Notes: generated by a model not told the origin, from the sequence alone. Positions 1 to 12,664 are shown, numbered from the stretch's first letter. The stretch: 64,000 bases of DNA from Squalus acanthias (GCA_030390025.1 CM059425.1:170254001-170318000), one strand, 5' to 3'. Numbers and translations are program-made.

Positions 1-953
1 AGCATGATCCCACCACCAAACGCATCTTCCCCTCACCTCCCCTTTCAGCATTCCGCAGGGACCGCTCCCTCCGCGACACCCTAGTCCACTCCTCTACCAT
101 CCCCAGCACCCCTTCCCCTTCGCCCGGCACCTGCCCGTGCAAGCGCAGGAGATGCAACACATGCCCTTATACCTCCCCTCTTCCCACTGTCCAGGGCCCC
201 AAACACCCCTTCCAGGTGAAACAGTGATTTACTTGTACTTCCTGCAATTTCGTATACTGTATTTGTTGCTCACGATGTGGTCTCCTCTACATTGGGGAGA
301 CCAAACGCAGATTGGGTGACCGCTTTGCGGAACACCTCCGTTCAGTCCGTAAGGGGGACCCCGAGCTCCCGGTCGCCTGTCACTTTAATTTTCCGCTCCA
401 CTCCCACTCTGACCTCACTTTATCGGCCTATTACACTGTTCCACGGAAGCGCAGCGTAAGCTCGAGGAACAGCACCTCATCTTTCGTTTAGGCACGCTAC
501 AGCCCTCTGGACTCAATATCGAGTTCAACAATTTTAGATCATAACCTCAGCCCCTATCACATTTATATTTTATTTTTTCATCCACCCTTTTGTTTGCCCC
601 CCCTTTTTTTTTCCCTCCTAGAAACTGGCAGCTGTCCTTCATTCTGCCAGTGCATTTCACACTTCTTTTAGCCTCAACCTGTCACATTAACACCACCTCT
701 TGCCTTGATCATCTCTTAATGTCTCTCAATGTCTCTTAATCTCTCCTTTTGTTCTTTCATCCCCTCCCCCTTTTCCCAGCTTTATCCTTGATTTAAATCT
801 ATTTCATTTCCTGCTATTTCCAGTTCTGACGAAAGGTCTTCGACCTGAAACGTTAACTCTGTTTCTCTCTCCACGGATGCTGCCTGGCCTGCTGAGTTTT
901 TCCAGCATTTTCTGTTGTTATTTCGGATTTCCAGCATCTGCAGTATTTTGCTA
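1..953 (+). mobile_element. Penelope-like element (family 1), 3' part: degenerate GIY-YIG endonuclease C-terminus (to ~543), 3' UTR and hammerhead-containing terminus
   Basis: Frameshifted translation gives ...CPCKRRRCNTC...VYCICCSRCGLLYIGETKRRLGDRFAEHLRSV...LPVACHFN...GLNIEF, matching the PLE CCHH/GIY-YIG domain. A pyrimidine-rich UTR follows, then the terminal segment also seen at 18697 and 53081. Confidence 0.85.
822..858 (+). ncRNA. Minimal type I hammerhead ribozyme (Penelope family 1)
   Basis: AGTT-CTGACGA-A-AGGTC-ttc-GACCT-GAAA-CG-T-T-AACT: catalytic core, stem I AGTT/AACT, stem II AGGTC/GACCT and palindromic helix III (ACGT). Confidence 0.75.
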
Positions 954-2251
954 TCACATATTAACACACTTGCACTCATTGTAGGAGAAGCTGGCACACA
1001 ACAGGAGGGAGACAACAAGGACAGGAAGAGGCCCTGCCACTATGAAAATACAGACGCCCATGGAAGAGGCTGCCAAAGCCACAGCAGTCAGCATTTGAGA
1101 TGGGGAGGTTCGAGGCTTGAGGCCTGGCAAAGCAGTGTTGACATCTCCCCTTCCTCTTCTCTTTCTACTTAACTCGTTCAGTCACAAAGTCACACACTCA
1201 GCATGACAAACTGGTGGTGTATTGCGCAGCTACTGATCTGTTAATGCTCACCCTTGTGACTACACCCTAACCCTTGTCCCTCTCCCCTTTTTCTAGGTGA
1301 ATCAGATGACTCAATTACTATTGCCAGACAGATTGACGAGGATAACCCTGAAGACAATGCACCGTCTCTCGCTCTTTCCCTGCCAAACACCAGCATGGAA
1401 ATCGGCATCCCGTGTGACTTAGATATGATATGCAAGCGACTGCACCATTGGATTCATTGAGCACAAGTGAGCATCAGCAGGTGGAGGTGGCAAGGAAGGC
1501 CAAGGAAGAGCTGACTGCAGGGCCAACTCATATCCTAGCTCTGCTGCAAAAAGACAGAGATGCAGACTTCAGGGGCCCAGTGTTTAAAGGGAAGATGATT
1601 TCTGTGCACTAGCCATTGCTGAATGCATTGGACTGCCTGCCAGGGAGCTTGCAAAACATTTCAGATACTACTGTGGAGTCCACTACCATCTCGTGTTGGC
1701 ATCTCATGCATGGCATCAACACTCTGCAGTCAACTATGGAGTGTGTGGTCACCTCAGTGGCATTGCAGCTGAGCCCTCCTCCCCCCTCACTGAGTCTGCA
1801 ACACCATTAATAGCACCTTTAGAGACTTTAAACAAATATTTTATATCTGTCTTCACAGTAGAAGACACAAAAAACATACCAAAAATAGTGGAGAACCAAG
1901 GGGCTAATGAAAGCGAGGAACTTAAAGTAACTATGATCAGTAAGGAAAAAGTACTTGAGAAACTAATGGGACTACAAGCTGACAAATCCCCTGGACCTGA
2001 CAGCCTACATCCTAGGGTTCTAAAAGAGGTGACTGCAGAGATAGTGGATGCATTGGTTGTGATCTTCCAAAATTCCCTAGATTCTAGAATGGTCCCAGCA
2101 GATTGGAAGGTAGCAAATATAACCCTGCTATTCAAGAAAGGAGGGAGAGAAAAAATAGGAAACTACATTAGTTAGCCTGACATCAGTAGTCAGGAAAATG
2201 CTGGAATCCATTATTAAGGAAGTGGTAACAGGGCACTTAGAAAATCATAAT

Positions 2252-3002
2252 GGCCTTGAAATTCGCGTGGCCGGCTTGCCGCGGGGGTAAGGATCGCGCG
2301 TGCTCTTACCCACCGCGCCTGCTGTTGTGTTTTGGGCCCATGGGAACTTCTGCTCCAACTGCCGGCGCGCAGTGCTTGCGTGTTCCAGGGGCGCAGTTAG
2401 TGCGATGCGACCCCTGGGATCACGTGGGCCATGGAGAGCCAATGGCAGCAGACCATCTTTCATTCATAGATTTGACAGGAGACCTGTCAAATCTGTGAAT
2501 TGAAATCGGCCCCAAAAGAACAGCTAAACCTCAAATAAATTTTAAAAAAAACCCCATCTTAATAAAATAACTATAGTTAAATAAATTAACCACTTTAAAC
2601 AAAAATTTAAATTTTTGAAAAAATTAAAATACTTTTTAAAAGTGATAAAAATAAACTTACCTTTCTTTAAAGTATCTAAAACAGATAAACCTGTTGAAAT
2701 ATTTTTTAAATTATACTTAATTAACCAATTACCTTGTTCAAAAGGGGTCTTACGCCTCCTTTTTATTAACGTAGTATCTTCAATACTTACCCTCGCGTAG
2801 AAACCTGAAAAAAAATCTAAGTGTGCTGCGTGCGCGCAGCCTCTAGCGCGCACGCGGTTCACCTAGGAACCGCCCCCTTCACCATACCGGAAGTTCCGGG
2901 TTCCCGCGCATGCGCAGTGCATGCAGGAAACCGGCACTTCGGGAAGCAATACGGGTGAGTACGCACTGAGTACTCACCCGGGAAGGGCCGAATTTTTGGG
3001 CC
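2252..3002 (-). mobile_element. Harbinger-type MITE family A, copy 1
   Basis: Ends GGCCTTGAAATTCG / CGAATTTTTGGGCC; 3-bp TSD AAT (2249-2251 / 3003-3005), whose removal restores the CR1 sequence; reverse-complement homolog of 58435-59197. Confidence 0.9.
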
Positions 3003-3067
3003 AATATGATTAGGCAGAGTCAACATGGTTTTATGAAAGGGAAATCATGTTTAACAAATTTATTAGA

Positions 3068-3268
3068 CATGATGCAGAGATGCCGGTGTTGGACTGGGGT
3101 GGACAAAAGTGAGAAGTCGCACAACACCAGGTTATAGTCCAACAGTTTTATTTGAAATCACAAGCTTTCGGAGCGGCTGCTCCTTCGTCAGGTGAAGGAG
3201 CAGCCACTCCGAAAGCTTGTGATTTCAAATAAAACTGTTGGACTATAACCTGGTGTTGTGCGACTTCT
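3068..3268 (-). mobile_element. Penelope family 2 3'-terminal fragment with inverted duplication (fold-back), inserted in CR1
   Basis: Homologous to 38597-38720; 77-bp arms at 3110-3186 and 3194-3270 with 1 mismatch; flanking duplication CAAATTTATTAGA (3055-3067 / 3269-3281). Confidence 0.85.
3158..3195 (-). ncRNA. Minimal type I hammerhead ribozyme (Penelope family 2)
   Basis: Minus strand TCAC-CTGACGA-A-GGAGC-agcc-GCTCC-GAAA-GC-T-T-GTGA; palindromic helix III AGCT. Confidence 0.75.
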
Positions 3269-6200
3269 CAAATTTATTAGAGTTTTTTGAGTTTGTAACT
3301 AGCAGGGTAGATAAAGGGGAACCAGCGCATGTAGTGTATTTAAATTTCCAAAAAGCATTTGATAAGGTGCCACATAAAAGGTTGTTATGCAAGATAAGGG
3401 CTCATGGGGTTGGGGGTAATATATTAGCATGGATAGAGGATTGGTTAAGGGACAGAAAACAGAGAGTATGGATAAACGGATCATTTTCCCGTTGGCAGGC
3501 TGTAACTAGTGGGGTGCCACAAGGATCAGTGCTTGGGCCTCAGCTATTTACAATCTATATTACTGACTTAGATGAAGGGACTGTGTGTAATGTATCCAAG
3601 TTTGCTGATGATACAAAGATAGGTGGGAAAGTAAGCTGTGAGGAGGACACAAAGAGCCGGCAAAGGGATATAGACAGGTTAAGTGAGTGGACAATAAGGT
3701 GGCAGGTGGAGTATAATGTGGGGAAATGTGAGGTTATTCACTTTGGTAGGAAGAATAGAAAAACAGAATATTTTTTAAATGGTGAGAAACTATTAAGTGT
3801 TGATGTTCAGAGAGATTTAGGTGTCCTCGTACAGGAAGCACAGAGAGTTAGCATGCAGGTACAGCAAGCAATTAGGAAGGCAAATGGCATGTTGGCCTTT
3901 ATTGCAAGGGGGTTGGAGTGCAAGAGTAAGGAAGTTTTGCTACAATTGTACAGTGCTTTGATGAGACCACACCTGGAGTACTGTGTACAGTTCTGGTCTC
4001 CTTATCTGAGGAAGGATATACTTGCTTTAGAGGCACTGCAACCAAGGTTCACTAAATTAATTCCTGGGATGAGAGGTTGTCCTGTGAGGAGAGATTGAGT
4101 AGATTGGGTCTATACTCTCTGGAGTTTCGAAGAATGAGAGGTGATCTCATTGAAACATATAAGATTCTGAGGGGGATTGATAGGGTAGATGCTGAGAGAT
4201 TGTTTCCCCTGGCTGGAGAGTCAAGAACTAGGGGGCATAGTCTCAGGATAAGGGGATGGCCATTTAAGACTGAGATGAGAAGGAACTTCTTTACTCAGAG
4301 GATTGTGAATCTTTGAAATTCTCTACCCCAAAGGGCTGTGGATGCAGAGTCGTTGAGTATATTCAAGGCTGAGATCGATAGATTTTTGAACTCTAGGGGA
4401 ATCGAGGGATATGGGGATCGGGTGGGAAAGTGTTGAGGTCAAAGATCAGCCATGATCTTATTGAATGGTGGAGCAGCCTCAAGGGGCCATATGGCCTACA
4501 CCTGCTCCTAATTCTTATGTTCTTTTGTTCATCTCTCAGGGGTGCTCATACTGGGGCCAAGCAAGCTCTGGGCTCAAACATCTTTGCTGCCTTGGACAGG
4601 TTGGAAGATTGAATGAATAGGGCCTTCAATCACATCACAGATCTCCTAAAGTCTACTATCCCATAGGTCAATTGTGCTTTGGGAATGGAACATGATGCCA
4701 TCTGTCACGGTAAGATGTCTCTACCCTCACAGTCCCTTGAACCACCTTGAATGGGTGCAGGTGCCCTTCTCAGTGGACCATTAAAATGCCATGGGGTCCT
4801 AATGAAATATGAATAGTATATATTAATGAGTCAGGCGGGCACCTTGGTCACCTTGAAAAAGGGCCCAGTTAAGATGGCAGTGGACGGGAATGGGGCAGTA
4901 ATTCTTTGTACAGCTATTTTAACTGTAACCCCACAACATTTCCACTGGGTATGATGGGTTAAAATTCCTCTACCCCAGACTCCTTGGGGCCAAAAATCCA
5001 TGACCGGGAGTGGGGGGACACATCCTGGTGTCAAAGTAAGTTCAGTATTTTGCATGACACCACCTGTGCCACTAGGGGCACATCACAGATGACTGCCTGC
5101 ATCCTGTCAGCTGTAAAATACAGCATACTGGGCCCTGTCTGGAGAGGGTCCAGATCGAGATTATGGGCTGGACCCCCAGGTAGGGCCCAGTCATGCCAGT
5201 TCCAGCCTAGTATGAATACTGCCACTGAAGCTATGCTGGGTTGATCTGAGTGCTGAGTTTGTGGGATCTTTGACGTAGAGTGGTATGCCCTGAGATGACC
5301 TGACTGTGGACTGGGGTGGGGGTGAAATTCCTCCATTGGGCTGACCCTGTGAGAGTCAGTCAGAATCAAGCACAGCCATAGACAAAATGCAAGAAACAAG
5401 GTTCAAAAAGTACTTCCAAGCTGCAGAAATCACTATACAAAGTTTCTAGACACTTCAACCTTAAGGACTCCTGACTTCTGCCTTGGTCAGGTGATCTGGG
5501 CATCTCAGTCTAACATATGCAAATAAGGCCAGCGGGAGTTCAGTGGGTGGAATCCACAAAGGCTCACAAAGCGCGGGGAAACTGGGCCTGGGGGAAGTGT
5601 TTTAAAGGGGCACAAGTGGTGGAAACAGCTTCCACTTTAATTTCTTCGCCAAAAAGATTTCTTGAGCCTTCCTGCGCGGTAAATGCGCCAAAAACAGAAA
5701 GGAAATTCACCCGCACTGTTCCCTACCGATAGAGGTCGGTTTTAATGCAGGACTTTTTCCTCTCCTTCACCCTCTCCTTGGCCCAGATAATTATTACAGT
5801 GCTGAGTTTTGCAATCACAGGATTAGTCAGAGGCTTCTTTATCTGCTAAACTGCTGTTATACTCTTTCTAATTGAAATAATGATTGAACATTTCCCCCTA
5901 CAGTTTGTAACAATGGCTAACCATTCTAAAGGTACTCCAGCTAGTCTTGCCTACACCAGTACACAGCTGATGCATCAAGCTTGTTATTAGACTCCCACTG
6001 TACCAACCTGACAATGTTGTTTGCAATTGTTCATTCTGCTCATTTGTCATTCAGAACACATAACTGATCTCCTGATTCTGAAGTGGCATACAAAAGATGA
6101 CTGACAGGACAACTATCAAGCCTTTGGTGGCTGAAGTTAGTTCTATGAGCCAACAACATAAATGCTACAACATGACATTTCCAAAGCTGATTCTCTGAAT

Positions 6201-6614
6201 AGTATAAATTCAGAAATATTATCTTGTTCTGTGCATTCTCTAATTCCACCTTTTTACTAAAAATAATCTTTTTAGCAGATGACATGAGACTGCAAAGTGG
6301 TTTATATTTTAAAGTTGAAAAGGTCTTTCAATACAAGGATTGCCTCGCCATTGATTTTTTTTTTAGGGTAAAGATCAATACTATATCTGGATAATTCATT
6401 AGAGGTTGTGCCAGTCTTCCTCAGAAGGCTCCAGTACTATCCCAACCAAGGGATACAGAACCTCTCCTATACATCTCAAGTGAATTTAATACAGTTGGTT
6501 GTAACCTAGTACACAATGTACACTGGTCTGGAGTGACAGAGCTGCTCTCAGTTTAACATTTAGAGTTATCCTCAGTTCAATAGTTTATATTATATAAGCC
6601 ATTGTCTTTGGTCC

Positions 6615-7380
6615 CCGCTACAAACTCCATTCCCTAGCCACCGATTCCATCCCCCTCCCTGACCACTGTCTGAGGCTGAATCAGACTGTTTGCAACCTTG
6701 GCGTCATATTTGACTCTGAGCTGAGCTTCCGAGCTCATATCCTCTCCATCATCAAGACCGGCAACTTCCACCTCTGTAATATTGCCCGTCTCCACCCCTG
6801 CCTCAATCCATCTGCCGCTGAAACCCTCATACATGCTTTTGTTACCTCCAGACTCAACTATTCCAATGCATTCCTGGCCGGACTCCCACCTTCCATTCTC
6901 CGTAAACTCTGCTGCCCGTATCCCAACTCATACCAACTCCCGTTAACCCATCACCCCTGTGCACACTGACCTATATTGGCTCCCGGTTCAGCAACACCTC
7001 GAATTTAAAATTTGCATCCTTGTTTTCCCTCCATGGCCTCGCCCCTCCTTATCTCTGTAACCTCCTCCAGCTCTACAACCCTCTGAGATTTCTGCGCTCC
7101 TCTAATTCTGGCCTCTTGCGCATCCCTGATTTAAATTTTTCCACCATTGGCAGTCGTGTCTTCAGCTGTCTCGGTCTTAAGCTCTGGAATTCCCTCCCTA
7201 AACCTCTCCGCCTCTCTACCGCTCACTCCTTCTTTAAGATGCTCCTTAAAACCTACCTCATTCCTGCCCTAAAATCTCTTTATGTGGTTCAGTGTCAAAT
7301 TTTGTTTGATTACAGTCTTATGAAGCACCATGGGAAGTTTTACTATGTTAAAGGCGCTATATAAATGCAAGTTGTTGTTT
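6615..7380 (+). mobile_element. L2 LINE 3' fragment
   Basis: Homologous to 44750-45510 (AETLIHAFVTSRLxYSN, LHGLAPPYLCNLL); ends CTATATAAATGCAAGTTGTTGTT. Confidence 0.85.
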
Positions 7381-7499
7381 ATATGGTAATGTTTTATTAT
7401 TAGGAAACCTAGATGGAAGGCTAAGGTCCATAAATGCAAGCTATTAGTGATACTAACAAAAGTAGAAGAGAAGGTGAAATAATTCAGGAAGTAATGGAA

Positions 7500-8262
7500 G
7501 GTAAGGGAATACACAATGAATGGTAGGACCCTAGGAAGGACAGAGGATCAGAGGGATCTTGGTATGCATGTACATAGATCTCTGAAGGCAGCAGGACAGG
7601 TAGATAAGGTGGTTAAAAAGGCATATGGGATACTTGCCTTCATTAGCCGAGGCATAGAATATAAGAGCGGGGAGGTTATGATGGAGCTGTACAAAACGTT
7701 AGTTAGGCCACAGCTGGAATACTGTGTGCAGTTGTGGTCGCCACACTATAGGAAGGATGTGATTGCATTGGAGAGGGTGCAGAGGTGGTTCACCAGGATG
7801 TTACCTGGGCTGGAGCGCTTCAGCTATGAAGAGAGACTGGACAGGCTGGGGTTGTTTTCCTTAGAGCAGAGAAGGCTGAGGGGGGACCTGATTGAGGTGT
7901 ACAAAATTATGAGGGTCATAGATAGGGTAGATAGAAAGGAACTTTTCCCCTTAGTAGAGGGGTCAATAACCAGGGGGCATAGTTTCATGGTAAGGGGCAG
8001 GAGGTTTAGAGGGGATTTGAGGAAAAGCTTTTTCACCCAGAGGGTGGTTGGAATCTGGAACTCACTGCATGAAAGGGTGGTAGAGACAGGAACTCTCACA
8101 ACATTCAAGAAGCATTTAGATGAGCACTTGAAACGCCATAGCATACAAGGCTACGGACCAAGTGCTGGAAAATGGGATTAGAATAGACAGGGCTTGATGG
8201 CCAGCGTGGACACGATGGGCCGAAGGGCCTCTTTATGTGCTGTATAACTCTATGACTCTATA
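7500..8262 (+). mobile_element. CR1 LINE 3' fragment (second subfamily)
   Basis: ORF 7516-8181 with QRDLG, LVRPQLEYCVQLWSPHY, RRLRGDLIEVYKI and FFTQRVV; tail CTATGACTCTAT. Confidence 0.95.
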
Positions 8263-8996
8263 ATGCTTAGGTGCCAACAGATTTGGAAAGAATGAGTTAG
8301 ACTGAGGTGAGGAAGAATAAAAGGAGAGCAGAACAAAGAAAAATATGGGAACTAGCTTATTACATCTTTGGGTCTTTTCTGCCCATTTTAGGCTAGATGT
8401 TTTAGCTTCCACAGTTTAAAGTATTCTCATAAGTGAGTCTAACCTCCCTACAGCCTCAAGAGTATCTTCACTGGCTCAGATATCTAGGTATGTTTTGATA
8501 CCCTGCCCAAGTTAATAAACAGTCAACCTTTCTTCAGATTTCTTTATCTACTGGATCTGTCCTGCGGCTCTACAGGTTCTCTTCATCTCAAAAGCAGTGG
8601 AGTAATGTGAACAATAGACCTAGTGTATAGGCTTTAGCTGCAAAATAAATGTATTAAATATTAGATCGACAAGCAAATAAATAACAGTAATATAATATAC
8701 ATGTCATTACAGTAGATGATAGGCTATACAAACTCTAGCAAAGAGCTGGCACAGACATGATGGGCCAAATAGTTTCCTTCTGTGCTGTAAACATCTATGG
8801 TGTCTTGAATGATAAAAATAATAAATGGTTTGCAATCATCTCTATGCTAAACTAACATTTTATAATGAAGTTTTACATATCAGTAGTTGTTCTTTTCCTC
8901 TTATAATCTTACAAACTGCAGAAGCTAACTGGTCTGACAGTGGTGGACTGAGTTAGAGCACACACATGGGAGTTCTCTACTACCACATCAAAGGGT

Positions 8997-9103
8997 AAAA
9001 GAAAGACTTGCATTTCTATAGCGCCTTTCACGACCACCGGACGTCTCAAAGCACTTTACAGCGAATTAAGTACTTTTTGGAGTGTAGTCACTGTTGTAAT
9101 GTA
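8997..9103 (-). mobile_element. Short L2-type 3' tail (SINE or LINE end)
   Basis: Reverse complement ends AAAGGCGCTATAGAAATGCAAGTCTTTCTTT, the same terminal motif as the L2 at ~7350-7380. Confidence 0.6.
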
Positions 9104-10464
9104 GTCATTCCCCTCAGGATAGTAACCTTGATTTACAGTTCAGTGGGGTGAGCCCCTATTTTCAAAAACTTAAGGGAGTCTCTCTCTCCCTCTCTTTCAC
9201 TCGTTCTCTCTCACAGACAGCAAGAGGCTGTCTTCTGTTTTGATAGTCTGAATGAGCTTAGCTTTGAAAGGTTTAGCTGGAAAAGTGAGTCCATGTTTAG
9301 AGAGCTCGTAAGTTCCATATTTATTATTTTTCATAAGTAAGGATTATAGAAAAATAGATCGTTGTCACTGTGAAAACTATATAGCATTTATTCATGTATT
9401 TTATGTAAAATAAACCAGTTGATGAATTGAAGCTGGGCCTTCTCTTGGTAAAGTGCTATTTCAGTCTCCTTCTGTAAAGAAAGGGGAATTCACAGAGCAG
9501 CATGTGTGATATTTCAGTACCAGTATGCAGAGTAAGGGTTCTCTGTTACTGTTCCTAAGTCTTGTTATCATTTAACTAGATATTGGACAGAAAAGGGCAC
9601 AGTCTGGATCACAGGGAATGTGAGGTTCACTTATGGAAGTGACTGGTGAAAGAATATCTAGCATAAAAAAACAATTATTGTGACAGTAAGAGTTTGATTA
9701 TTAGTCAGAAGGAGTAGACAGGGAGAAATTGAGAAAGTAAATAAGGTCAGGAAACCGCCTCAGAATATTGGAACATCCTTGTTGGACTAACAATATTCAT
9801 GAGAGGTGGCAGTAGCAGCTTCAGGAAATCTAAGAAAACTTATCGCCTATTAAATCGAGTACCTATTGATCATAGCCCTAAGAAACATATCATGTCAAGA
9901 GTAGAGAATAGAAGAAGCACTTGACACAATAAATAGCGTACTTCTATGACTGAAACTTGGTGCTGGTTTTCCTCTTCTGTTGCCAGGGCACTAAGTCTGG
10001 TGGAGTATACTCAAACTGCGAACCACCTGACCTGACCTGAACCCAGCCATACTTGCAGGTGTAGGTACTTGGCCTAGGTCCAGTACAACCCAGGCATTGG
10101 GGCTTGCACCTGGCAATAAGAGCAGAATGTAACCACTGCAGAGGCTTGCAGGTGCTGTAATGGCCTCCAACTTTGCAGCCTTCTGGCTGCTGCCCAAAAA
10201 CACCTCTGACCCCAGATCCACTGTACCTGAAAGAAAAAAGGACCTACTATTTTTGGTCCTCTGCTGCCTGTCCCTCACCAATCCTCTAATTGGAGAGGTG
10301 CTGGACACAGGGCCTAAGGCCCACTTCTTCTGGGTGCCTTTCAAAATGGGTGCTCTTCTGTATTGGGGGAGGAGATTGAGGCGGGAGAGCCAGTGATGCT
10401 GCCCATCTCGTTAGCATGCCTGGCCTTTGCTTGCACCTGCAGCACGCATGAGCACTCTGCCCCC

Positions 10465-11678
10465 TTAAGAAGGGTAAAAGAGAGAAACTCAGGAATAATA
10501 GGCCTATTAGTCTAACGTCAGTTGTGGGGAAGTTATTAGAATCTGTTATTAGGGACAGAGTGACTGAGCATTTGCACAATTATGAGCTGATCAGAGAGAG
10601 CCAGCATAGATTTGTAAAGGGTAAGTCATGTCTAATGAACCGAATTGAATTTTTTGAGGGGGTAACTAATGTGGCAGATAAGGGCATGTCTATGGATGTT
10701 ATTTATATGGACTTCCAAAAGGCATTAAACAAGGTTCCACATAAGAGACTGTTAACAAAAATTAGAGTGCATGGAATTGGAGGCAACCTATTGGCTTGGA
10801 TAGGGAAATGGTTAGGAGGTAGGAGACAGAGAGTGGGGATAATGGGTATGTACTCCAATTGGCAAGATCTGAACAGTGGTGTCCCCCAGGGATCTCTATT
10901 GGGACCTCAGCTTTCCACTGTATTTATAAATGACTTGGATAAAGGAATAGAGAGCCATATATCTAAGTTTGCTGATGACACTAAGTTAGGTGGTACAGCA
11001 AATAGCGCAGATGGGAGCAGAAAGTTGTAAAGGGTCATTGATAGATTAAGCGAGTGGGCTAAACGGTGGCAGATGTTGTTTAACGTGGGAAAGTGTGAGG
11101 TCATCCATTTTAGACCCAAGAATGATAAATCAGAGTATTTTCAAAATGGGGAGAAGCTAGGAACTGCGGATGAGCAGGGAGATTTAGGGGTCCAAGTACA
11201 GAAATCACCAGAATGATATCGGGGCTAAAAGGGTTACATTTTGCAGACAGGTTGAATAGACTAGGCTTGTATTCCCTTGAATTTAGAAGATTAAGGGGTG
11301 ATCTAATTGAAGTGTTTAAGATGATTAAAGGATTTGATAAGGTAAATAAAGAGAAACTATTTCCTCTGGTGAGGGAGTCCAGAACAAGGTGGCATAACCT
11401 TAAAATTAAAGTTAGGTCATTCAGGGTTGATGTCAAAAAACACTTCTTCACACAAATGGTAGTGGGAATTTGGAATTCTCTCCCCCAAAAAGCAGTTGAA
11501 ACTAGGTCAATTTAAAATTTCAAAACTGAGATTGGAAGATTTTAGTTAGGCAAGGGTATTAAGGGTTATGGAACCAAGGCGGGTAGATGGAGTTAAGATC
11601 CGGACCAGCCATGATCTAATTGAATGGTGGAACCGGCTCGAGGGGCTGAATGGCCTTCTCCTGTTCCTATGTTCCTAT
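10465..11678 (+). mobile_element. CR1 LINE fragment with an internal deletion near 11208
   Basis: ORFs 10524-11030 and 11213-11515 carry RT motifs (DFQKA, GVPQGS, KFADDTKLGG); the RPHLEYC block is missing; tail TTCCTATGTTCCTATG. Confidence 0.9.
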
Positions 11679-11962
11679 GAAATCCCAGGAATGCCCGGGA
11701 GAAGTGACCTGTTGTCACAGGTGTCCTTTTCTTTCTTTTGCTTTGCGCCTGGAAACTGAAAAAAAAGCATGCCCCAGACACATTGGATAGGAAAATTATT
11801 CCTTTAGTCTAGCTATGTTGATGCAATTTCAGTACTGCCAAAATAATGTATAACCTAGGTGCTTTTGTAATTGTCTTTTGATGCAGATTCATTTCCTTTC
11901 CAGTCATAAATCTCCCTCTCTCTTTTTAATGTGGATGAAACAGAAATACTATTGCAACATTT

Positions 11963-12664
11963 GAGCCTAAAACTCGTTTGACGCTGTACCTATTTTACAG
12001 GTGTAAATCAGCCGCCAAAGCATCTAATACGGCATGTGGCGTGCACAATATTGGTAAAGGCAGAAAAAGAGGCATCCAGGGCCTGAACCTGAAACAGGCA
12101 TTAGCCCTTTTGCATATGCAAACAAGGGGCCTAACACCTGTTTGAGGCCCTCCTTGAAAAATGTGGTCTACAGGTGGCCTAACCAGTGATTCGAGTGCTC
12201 CTCTTAGCTCCACTGCAACGCCGAAGACCATTGCCACTCCACTGTCTCTCGATCGCCTACCACCCATACTGATCGCACCCTCCCTCTTGATCACCCCCCT
12301 CCCTCCTCATCACTTCCCCCCACTCCGGATCGCCCCACTCCTTTTTGATTGCCACCCTCTTTCTCGATCACCCCCGCCCCCACCGATCACTTCCCCTTTC
12401 TCCCAATTGCCCCACTTCTTCTCGGTCGTTTCCCTCCCTCCCAGGCTCTGAGGGTCTCAGAGATTGCCAGAGATGCAGTGTCCCGAAATCCAAAGCTGAT
12501 TTGCCAACGAGCTGCTCGGGGATACCCAGCATGTGTCCGCAGCTCGGCAATCTCATTTAAATGAGGCCCAATAACGGGTGTACATCGGGCCTACCCGTTC
12601 CATCACAGGGATTGTTCTCTGCCCAGTTTGCACGGGCAGGCTAGCACAAACCAATATCTTGGCC
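11963..12664. mobile_element. Probable degenerate Harbinger-type MITE with a C-rich GATC-repeat interior
   Basis: GC-rich block in AT-rich context, ending ...ATCTTGGCC|ATT like the other MITEs; the left TIR is degenerate. Confidence 0.4.

Larger units (their letters stand above)
1823..4530 (+). mobile_element. CR1 LINE, 5'-truncated ORF2 (RT) plus 3' UTR, interrupted by a MITE (2252-3002) and a Penelope fragment (3068-3268)
   Basis: ORFs 1693-2175, 3238-4098 and 4077-4316 contain KSPGPD.LHPRVLKE, FQKAFDKVPH, GVPQGSVLGP, KFADDTK and RPHLEYCVQFWSP; tail TTCTTATGTTCTT. Confidence 0.95.
960..4980 (+). mobile_element. Old Harbinger remnant (Myb/SANT-gene exons 2-3) split by a CR1 insertion at ~1823-4530
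   Basis: ag|EKLAHNRRETTRTGRGP at ~985 and DADFRGPVFKGKMISVH..LLNALDCLPGSL at ~1560-1650 parallel the exon 2/3 peptides of the Harbinger copies at 28135-29519 and 48644-49990. Confidence 0.55.

Noticed and set aside
8935..9494. Possible solo LTR (TG...AATAAA...CA)
   Set aside because: No target-site duplication, PBS or second copy in the window.
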